A stretch of DNA of 10,170 bases from Neoechinorhynchus agilis (lineage: Eukaryota; Animalia; Acanthocephala): NCBI GenBank assembly GCA_051530055.1, contig JBMGUZ010000082.1, positions 1-10,170 of the forward strand. The letters are read 5' to 3'. Position 1 is the stretch's first letter; the number at the start of each line of letters is the position of its first letter. The notes below the pieces were generated by a model. It saw nothing but the letters and a program-made list of their open reading frames with translations. It had not been told where the DNA came from and made no database searches. Below, in pieces: positions 1 through 8,200 of the stretch. Both the position numbers and the translations under genes were made by a program.

Positions 1-79
1 GATCGGCGCTTTGTGTAGTGAGTGAATTATCGATCTCTGCTTAACATTTAAACACCGTATCGATTTGTCACTCACCACA
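1..79 (-). repeat. Start of 3' LTR (TGTGGTGAG...), probably running off the window edge
   Basis: The minus strand reads TG at 79-78 immediately after the purine tract, which itself follows the pol stop codon (TAG at 94-92). Confidence 0.8.
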
Positions 80-91
80 TTCCTCCCCCGT
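80..91 (-). other. Polypurine tract (ACGGGGGAGGAA)
   Basis: Purine run lies between the pol stop and the TG of the LTR, the canonical PPT position. Confidence 0.85.
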
Positions 92-1345
92 CTATTTCAG
101 AAACTTGTCATACGGTCTGGACGGAGGTTTGCGAATTCGATTGCTCCACCTTAACACCATATTATCTCTTCTACCATCCTCCCAGAACTCGGCCTTTGCT
201 TCTTCTATTGGTTGGGTTCCGTGGTCGATAGATCAGCGAGTGTTTACATTGGTTGGCGGCTATTCGTGCTCGATGGACTGCTGTTCGCGCTCGATTGGTT
301 TCTGTTCGTGCTTGATGGACTGCTGTTCGTGCTCTTCTATTATTTCACTTTCGTTTTGATCCCTCTCTCAATTTAGCTGCTCCATCGTCAGTCGATCGCG
401 AAGATAATCACCGTGTATGCGCCTGTATATCCCATCTCCGTGATTTATGACGAATAATCTCGGTCCCGTTTGTCTCCGCACAATTCCTTTTCCCACCTGT
501 GTAAACCCTCTGCCCTTTGAGAATCCCTTTGGCTGATGTTTCGATCTCAAACTTGGCTTTATATGATCCAATTTCGTAGCCAGCCGCCTTCCCATCATCA
601 TCATCTCAGCTGGGCACTGACCAGTCGCATTGTGCGGTGTATTTCTGCACGTTTTCAGAAACTCCCATACGTCTTTCATCTGAAGGGCGCCTGTCTTATC
701 GATAGTTCTCCTATTGAAAGTCCCCACGAATCTCTCCGTTAATCCATTCGATTGAGGGTGATATGGGCTGGTCCGGATGTGCTCGATAGCTTGATCTCTG
801 CAGAATAATGACAATTCCTCATTCACAAACTTAGGACCTTTATCAGCTACCAGGTATTTTGGACATCCCATTCTCGCAAAACATTCCCCCAGCTTCGATA
901 TTACATTTTTGCTGGTAGAATTTCGATTAAGACACCAGACTTCGGGCTCGTTTATGGGACCCGCCAGATCTACATGTACCCGTTCCCACGGTTTGGACGG
1001 AACATCCCAATGAAATATTGGTAATCTTGGAACGTCGGGACGTGATATTTGACACTGGACGCATGTCTTCACCTGCTGTTCGACCTCTTTGTCAGAACCT
1101 AGCCACCAAACATAATATCGCGTGAGTGCTTTCATCCCTTCGATTCCTGGGTGGCCTTCGTGAAGAACTCGCAGCACGGATTGTCGCAAAGACTTAGGAA
1201 AAATAATCAAGCGTTGCAGATACATTAGTATTCCGCATTCTTGAGATATCTCGGAACTCCTATGTACAAATGGTTTGTCTTCGTCTCGAATTTCTGCTGG
1301 CCAACCTTCACGAAACTGACCGCCACTATTCAGGGAATCCGACTG
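92..1345 (-). pseudogene. pol: Gypsy pol remnant: RNaseH-integrase linker and integrase
   Basis: GWPAEI...LIIFPKSLR linker; LHEGHPG...CVQC zinc finger; catalytic VHVD / VADKG / LTERF with exact D-35-E spacing. About 12-13 aa are missing after GPIN. The same frame continues past in-frame stops at 370-368, 262-260 and 235-233 to LRWSNRIRKPPSRPY and TAG at 94-92. Confidence 0.93.
264..334 (-). repeat. 21-bp tandem repeat, about 3.4 copies, in the integrase C-terminal tail (EHEQQSI-type 7-aa units)
   Basis: Units start at 264, 285, 306 and 327 (plus-strand consensus TCGTGCTCGATGGACTGCTGT). Confidence 0.85.
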
Positions 1346-1359
1346 ACTTCGTTTTCGGC

Positions 1360-1401
1360 CGGGTCCACTACTTTTAAAACTCCTCGCTTCAATAATCTGT
1401 C
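1360..1401 (-). pseudogene. N-terminal stub of Gypsy reverse transcriptase
   Basis: DRLLKRGVLKVVDP resembles the (L)DRLxxxGVIxPV motif opening Gypsy RT. Nothing further of RT (no YxDD) follows. Confidence 0.6.
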
Positions 1402-1699
1402 CATTGACATCTTTTTCCAGATTCCTATGTGTCCTTTCGGCTTGACTTTATCGACGGAACTTTCACACAACTGAGGCGCTAAGCCGCACTCGAAGGAGGC
1501 CGATGGACGATCAGCCTTGCACACCAAAGGAACCCAGCGATCGGTGACGTTGAACCTTCGACATATCAACCGCATTGTGAACGCGCACACCACACGGCCA
1601 CTGGGCCCTCATTAATCGATGTATGACCAAAACAGGAGCTTCATTGCACAAAAACACACACCAAACACCACGAGGGGCGCGTGCTAAATGGTAGCAAAA

Positions 1700-1768
1700 G
1701 CGCAGTGATGACGCGGGGACGACGGCGCCAACAGTGTCAAGGAAAGACACAAGCGTTCCTGCAAACAA
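1700..1768 (-). pseudogene. Possible aspartic protease remnant
   Basis: GTLVSFLDTVGAVV loosely resembles GxxVxFxLDTGAxV and lies upstream of the RT stub. The motif is imperfect. Confidence 0.3.
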
Positions 1769-2051
1769 TATCCGCCAATTCCCACAAGAACGAAACTTCC
1801 AACTCAGGCGAATATTCTTAAACGAACGGACACATTCCCGCTCGAACGAGACGAATTTAAGACATGCAATTTACCACGTCAACTAAAATTAGGTCGATTC
1901 ATTTCGCATATCTCAGCGAGCCGATTGCAAAACTGTAAGTTATTCTCGTTTCAATTTTGAGACGAACATCCTTCATCATTGATATCAAAATATCAATCGA
2001 TTGCCAATTAAATTAGCGTTTCCTTCGGCAATGTCATAAAATATATATATA

Positions 2052-3010
2052 TTTCGTGTTTGCAAGAAACACGGAATTAATCAACAAATTTATACCTCTT
2101 ACCGAGCCAGTAAAACGTATGCGGAAGCCCTTTCCAACATGAGACAAAACTCCCAACGTTATTTGGACGGTTTGTCGATCTGGCAATCCCGGACAGAGAT
2201 CCTGCACCTTCCGGAAAATGACCACAAGCAGTCGGCCTTGGACCTTCCCCTCATAAAGAAGATTCACAAATCCTTTAATGATCTTCTCGACGAGGTTTCC
2301 CAAGTTCGTCTTGCGGCGTGTTCTACAAAGGAATCGGGAGCCTGGCTAAATGCTCTCCCCGCCCCGACAATCGGAACTCTTCTAGAGGATTCTACTTTAA
2401 GGGTCGCAGTTTCTTTAAGATTGGGCCAGGATATTTGTATCCCGCATCGCTGTCGCTGCGGATCTATAGTTGAAGCCAATGGCAGACACGGCCTCAGTTG
2501 TAAAACGTCCAGAGGGAGGTTTCCAAGACACTCAGAATTGAACTCAATTTTGAGTAGAGCCCTAGATTCCGTCCACGTGCCCAATATTTAAGAGCCAAGT
2601 AACTTGTGCCGCCTAGACAGCAAGCGAACTGACGGTGTCACGGTTTTTCCATGGCGGGAGGGGAAGCCCCTTTTATGGGATGCGACTTGCGTGGACACGC
2701 TTGCCCCCAGTAATTTTCCCTTTTCAAAAAGGAGCCCTGAAGGTTCAGCGGTCGTAGCTGAAGTCCGAAAACGTACAAAATACAGAGAGCTTTTAAGGAC
2801 CTATTATTTCGTCCCTTTCGCCGTGGAGCCTTGGGACCGTCAGCGCTCACTCTCCTCGACGAAAGACGAAAAGGATGACGGGGGAACCGCGCTCTAGAAA
2901 TTTTCTCGCTCAGCGAATCGCAATTGCGATGCAGCGAGGGAACGCTGCCAGTATACTGGCAACGTCAAGAAGTTCACAGGAATAAATTGTAATCGTTGTA
3001 AATTAATAAA
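2052..3010 (+). mobile_element. 5'-truncated, inactive CRE-clade non-LTR retrotransposon (post-RT region, zinc finger, restriction-like endonuclease)
   Basis: SGAWLNALP...LRLG, CRCG-x8-HGLSC...RH zinc finger, PNI*EP (TAA at 2589-2591, same frame resumes), KRTDG...WDATCVDT, RKRTKY, FVPFAVE. Frameshifts near 2830 and 2865 precede TGEPRSRNFLAQRIAIAMQRGNAASILAT, with stop at 2983-2985 and AATAAA at 3005-3010. Clade assignment is from recalled motifs, not a search. Confidence 0.88.
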
Positions 3011-3218
3011 TTTTAGACTTTTTCATTAAATTTTTATAGTGTGCTCTGAATTTTGACCAGGATGTCTTCATAAGGCGGTGGCACAAAAGCACGACTTATT
3101 GTTAATATCAGTAAACGTTTAAGATTTCAAGACAACGAAAATTCATGTTGAAGTCAGTAAGTGCTTTTGAGCATCTTGGATTTTATCGATTCCTTAGTCA
3201 CGTTGGATCAAAAATGTC

Positions 3219-3266
3219 AATTGAAAAGACAGAATAGTCGGCGGCAAACATTTTGTCTTTTCAGTT
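3219..3266 (+). other. 17-bp inverted repeat with 14-nt loop
   Basis: AATTGAAAAGACAGAAT (3219-3235) pairs with ATTTTGTCTTTTCAGTT (3250-3266): 15 Watson-Crick and 2 G-U pairs as plus-strand RNA. Confidence 0.75.
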
Positions 3267-4242
3267 ATGAATTATTTGAGAAATCTAAAACGGCATTTGA
3301 AACAATTCGATGTTTCTTCATACGTTAGAAAAACCAAAGGTCAGCAATATTTGAACTAGATAATAAGATGCGGAGGAATTTAATGGAGAAAAGTTGAGAT
3401 TTTCAATCCTCATGGATTAACACATCTATCACAGGATGATTTTGTTGTTACATTTTCTTCTATCAGTCTAGTAGCTAGACGACTTCTCTGACTTTGAATA
3501 ATTAAATAGTCGTAAATAAATTTTTCACCTTGAATTCAGCAGCACCGTAATATTTTAATGGGACCAAAAACTAGATGTTGCGTGTGTTAAATTTTTTTAC
3601 TTTTGCGTGAATCTAATGCCTCGAATATTACTTTGTTCATAAAAACGTTCTCAATTTTAAGTCCTGACGTGAAAGTTTTAGCATCTCAACTGATTTTATT
3701 AAAAAGAAGGTTCTGTATTTTAATTTTTTACCAAACCCTTCGATAATATCTGAGAAATAGATCATAATTAACAGCGTCATTAAGATTCTTATTTAAAAAT
3801 TTAGAATAGCATAACCAGCAAAAATATAAAATAAACAAGACTGCTTACGTTTTAAGATTTTAGGCGTCTTTATACGAACGCAAGTCTTTAGCCTGTTAAC
3901 AAGCGAATGTTAGTCCGTTTGCTCATTGGGTAAAAAAGTATTATTTTAGCCAATCAGGTCTGAAAAGAAGTTAAATTTTTTCCTAACATCGCAGGTTTAT
4001 TTAGGCTTAAATTCCATATTAAATAAGATCACATCCAGCGAAGAAAGTAGCAATATTTTCTAAGATGATAGTTCGATGTATTTATATACTTCAATGACGT
4101 TCTTGCTAGGCTTAAAGTTGACGTTAGGAGCAAAAGAAGCATTGTATTCAAATGCGAATTAATAAATAGAAGAAAAATTATAGGAAAACGTTATATCTTT
4201 TGCTAAAAATTTCGAGGGGTGATGATACAGACACATGCGTCC

Positions 4243-4364
4243 AAGAGATTCGGACGAATCACTGTCGATCCGAGATCAGAAACATTCCTCGTACAAAACA
4301 TGAGTCTGGCTGTGCAACGGGACGGAACGCTGAATCCGTCCTTACCAGGACGGCGGCTGAGTGA
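4243..4364 (+). mobile_element. Short, old 3'-end fragment of a second CRE-like non-LTR element
   Basis: KRFGRITVDPRSETFLVQNMSLAVQR, then with a 2-nt insertion removed GNAESVL. This aligns codon for codon with KRMTGEPRSRNFLAQRIAIAMQRGNAASIL of the element at 2870-2960. Confidence 0.7.
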
Positions 4365-5271
4365 TCCGGAGCGATAGTGAAAGTGATTTAACTTTAATTC
4401 CATACTAAAAGGCACACTAAATTCTAAAAAAACATGCATATACAAAAAGCTAATAATTAGATCTCGTATTTACCTCCCAATTGTCAAGTGGAAATGATTT
4501 GTAAATTCAAACTCATCGATGAAAACAAGATTAATCATAGAGGATTGTTATACAATAAATCGTTTTTGTATCATTATAACAAATATATTTAAGGCAAATT
4601 TTTTTTTCGGACATCACTAACATTTTTTTGGATTAATTTCCATTTTCGACAGTTAAAAAATTTTACGCCTTCGCAAATCAATTTTTTCTATGTAGTAATA
4701 AAGTTGGAAGATCATACAAGAACTTTACTCGTTATCTTAGTTTAGATATACACAATCTCAAAAGAAAAAGCGAATGCAGTTTATTAAGTGAATTACTATA
4801 ATAATTTTGTAGTCCCGAATCGCATGTCAGTGTAGAAAAAACTAAGATGTTACTTCAATGAATATCTACAAGTAAAAGCGAAAATTGCTTTATTGTCTTA
4901 AATTTCGCAAATAATATTGAATAAGTACAGAAAAATGCGAATTTTCCCCTTGCACGAACTGAATTAGATTTTCAGAATTAAAACATAAATAAGAAGACAT
5001 TTGAAACAAATCACTGGCGTTATTATCATAAACGTGCTTTTGAATGTTATTGGGTACAAAGAACAAAGCCGTAAATATTTGGTAGATAACAAGCTTGTTT
5101 GTCTATTTGTTGTGGGTTTCGTATCGTTCTAAATGATCTACGTACAACTTTTTTGCCTTCCTTTAATCTACTGAACGACTACAGAGAAATCGTAACTTCG
5201 CTATAACACGTTTTCTATAAGTTTGGTTTATTGTCAACAAACAATCCTGCACGCTATAATAAGCATTATTA

Positions 5272-5278
5272 TTTCGAG
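5272..5278 (+). promoter_or_regulatory. Candidate 3' splice or trans-splice acceptor (TTTCGAG) 12 nt before the first ATG
   Basis: T-rich acceptor-like heptamer at the transition from AT-rich spacer to coding sequence; the ATG at 5291 is in an AAAC-ATG context. Confidence 0.35.
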
Positions 5279-5290
5279 ATTAACATAAAC

Positions 5291-8200
5291 ATGTCCCAAG
5301 AACGAAGAAATGATCAAAATAAAGAACAAGCGTCTTATATTGCCGAACCTGATAATAAGAAACAGTCTATTGATACAACAGTCGGATTAAACCTTCATTT
5401 GGGAACAACTGAGCCGCTTGATCAAGGGCGATCATCCCATGACTTAGCAGTCACTGGACACGTCGAAATGGCACAGTCTACATCACTGCATCTACATCAA
5501 ACACAACCAGAATCAGTTGTCCATTCTGTTCACCACAACGAAGAACGGCGTCCGGAAACACCGCAGAGAAAACGTAGTCTTCAAGTGGAAGCTACGGCCG
5601 AGGAACAACGAACTTATGGCACGTCTTCAACCGCCAAGCGCTTTCGGATACCTGCTGAAATGACTACTACACGAGTGCAGCCGCAGCAAAAAGTATTGAT
5701 TCAACCTGATATCCGCCAAAAAGTGGAGGAAACTGATGACCAAAGTAATGTAACAGGACATCAGGCAGCGGGGGAACGAAAACGATGCCATGCAGGAGAA
5801 AATTCGGAATCAAATATATCGACTATTAAGACATCACCAGCAAACAAGAGATCACGAGGACTGCTAGAACAATTTGAAGGAACGCAGCATAGTGTTGGTC
5901 GGAGAACGTTGACACCGTTGCCGCAACCTCACGCTCAGAGTCAACAAGTGTTTATGAATCCCCGAATACAATCCGCTGGCCAGGGTAGAACTTATGATTT
6001 GGCGCAAAATCCACAGTTTCCATCCCAGCAAACGTCTCGAGAAAATTATGGACAAGCTCAGCGAATGGCAATGACTGCTGCAATGCAATCTGCTGGTCAA
6101 GGCGGAAATTATACTCCGGCGCCGAATCCACAGGGCCCACCCCAACAAACGCCTCTAAAAAACTATGGACAAGCTCAGCGAATGGCAATGAATGCTGCAA
6201 TGCAATCTGCTGGTCAAGGCGGAAATTATACTCCGGCGCCGAATCCACAGGGCCCACCCCAACAAACGCCTCTAAAAAACTATGGGCAAACGCAGCCAAT
6301 AGCAATGAATGCTGCAATGCAATCTGCTGGTCAAGGCGGAAATTATACTCCAGCGCCGAATCCACAGGGCCCACCCCAACAAACGCCTCTAAAAAACTAT
6401 GGGCAAACGCAGCCAATGGCAATGAATGCTGCAATGCAATCTGCTGGTCAAGGCGGAAATTATACTCCGGCGCCGAATCCACAGGGCCCACCCCAACAAA
6501 CGCCTCTAAAAAACTATGGGCAAACGCAGCCAATGGCAATGAATGCTGCAATGCAATCTGCTGGTCAAGGCGGAAATTATACTCCGGTGCCGAATCCACA
6601 GGGCCCACCCCAACAAACGCCTCTAAAAAACTATGGGCAAACGCAGCCAATGGCAATGAATGCTGCAATGCAATCTGCTGGTCAAGGAGGATATTATATT
6701 CCGGCGGCGAATCAACAGGGCCCACCCCAACAAACGTTTCCAAAAGACTATGGGCAAGCTCAGCGAATGGCAATGATTGCTGCAATGCAATCTGCTGGTC
6801 AAGGCGGAAATTATACTCCGGTGCCGAATCCACAGGGCCCACCCCAACAAACGCCTCTAAAAAACTATGGCAAGCCAGCAATGCATGCTGCAATGCAATC
6901 TGCTGGTCAAGGGGAATTCCGGGCAATCACAGGGCCCACCCCAACAAACGTCCAAAAGACTATGGGCAAACGCAGCGAATGGCAATGATTGCTGCAATGC
7001 AATCTGCTGGTCAAGGCGGAAATTATACTCCGGTGCCGAATCCACAGGGCCCACCCCAACAAACGCCTCTAAAAAACTATGGACAAACGCAGCCAATAGC
7101 AATGAATGCTGCAATGCAATCTGCTGGTCAAGGCGGAAATTATACTCCGGCGCCGAATCCACAGGGCCCACCCCAACAAACGCCTCTAAAAGACTATGGG
7201 CAAACGCAGCCAATAGCAATGAATGCTGCAATGCAATCTGCTGGTCAAGGCGGAAATTATACTCCGGCGCCGAATCCACAGGGCCCACCCCAACAAACGC
7301 CTCAAGGATATTACGGGCAAGTGCAGCGAGTGCAAATGAATGCCGGAATGCCGACCGCTGGTCAAGGCGGATATAATATTCCGGCACCGAATACACAAGG
7401 TCAATCCCAACAAATGCCCCAAGGAAATTATGGGCACGTAAGGCGAATGCCAATGAATGCTGGAGTACTGACCGCTAATCAAAGCGGATATTATATTTCG
7501 GCGCCGAATCTACAGGGTCCAGCCCAACAAACGCCCCAAGGATATTATGGGCAAGTACTGCGAATCCCAGTGAATTCTGGAGTACCGGCCGCTCGCCAAG
7601 GCGAATATTTCACTCCGGCGCCCAATCCACAAGGTCGATCCCAACAAACGCCCCAAGGATATTATGGGCAACCGCAGAGAATGTCAATGAATGCTGGAAT
7701 GTCGGTCACTAGTCAAGGCCGACATTATACTCGAGCGCCGAATCCTCAGGGCCCATCCCATCAGATGAATATCCAACGTTCCGGACAAGTGCAGCAAATG
7801 CCAACGATTGCTAGAATGCCGACCGCAAGTGAAGGTGGAGATCCCATGGTCGGACAGCGTCGTCAAATTCCCCCTCAACAGATACCGCCTCAACAGTTTG
7901 CAAAGGACCAACGATTGCCAGCAGGAAATGTAATGCAGGCTGCTGCCCAAGGCGGATACTATGTGCCGGCCAGGAATCCGCAGGTTCAAAATCAACAGAT
8001 GAATTTTGAACAGTATCGACAACTGCAGGGAACGCCATTTGATTGCCGGACGCCTATAATGCCAAGAAATCTTCAATTGCAATTTCCGGCCCATCAGCAG
8101 GCCGTAACCCAGCAATTGGCACAAAGAAATCATATGCCGATGAATCTCAAGGCACCGACTTCTCGATCGATAGTTTCCACCCAGCAGGATCCTCAATTAC

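Larger units (their letters stand above)
1..1770 (-). mobile_element. Degenerate, internally deleted Ty3/Gypsy LTR retrotransposon (Mag/K02A2.6-like); 5' boundary uncertain
   Basis: Minus strand order is possible protease remnant, RT start (DRLLKRGVLKVVDP), GWP linker, HHCC plus DDE integrase, LRxSxRxRKPP tail, polypurine tract, then TG-starting LTR. Integrase after RT is the Gypsy domain order. No matching 5' LTR found in the window. Confidence 0.92.

Noticed and set aside
105-742. Plus-strand ORFs 105-359 and 536-742 (also 1241-1474, 2034-2303, 2264-2584, 2638-2850)
   Set aside because: They are antisense shadows of the retroelement coding regions, with no independent motifs.
1716-1732. 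TGGCGCCGTCG as a primer-binding site on the minus strand
   Set aside because: It only partly resembles tRNA-Lys/Ser 3' complements, and no sequence matching the 3' LTR lies upstream of it.
4203-4445. 80-aa minus-strand ORF as a small gene
   Set aside because: It has no recognisable motif, and the GC-richer island is better explained by the plus-strand CRE fragment.
3466-5115. Several short palindromes (GTCTAG-TAG-CTAGAC, TTGTTATA...TATAACAA, ACAAGCTTGT)
   Set aside because: Stems of 5-8 bp are within chance expectation at this base composition, and no Helitron or MITE termini or target-site duplications support them.
5200-5262. TATA-like hexamers (TATAAC, TATAAG, TATAAT) upstream of the ATG
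   Set aside because: They are expected by chance in very AT-rich DNA, and the transcription start is unknown.
6906-6932. GT...AG mini-intron that might repair the frameshift
   Set aside because: It is only 27 nt, a multiple of 3 so it would not change frame, and its sequence is plainly a damaged repeat unit.
6083-7347. CRISPR-like or non-coding satellite interpretation of the 117-bp repeat
   Set aside because: There are no unique spacers, the period is a multiple of 3, and an open frame extends far beyond the array on both sides.
5864-7482. Long antisense and alternate-frame ORFs over the array (5952-6926, 6857-7453, 6867-7376 and others)
   Set aside because: They are shadows of a 117-bp repeat that lacks stops in those frames. 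They are confined to the array region and are interrupted where units vary, unlike the plus-strand frame that extends well beyond it.
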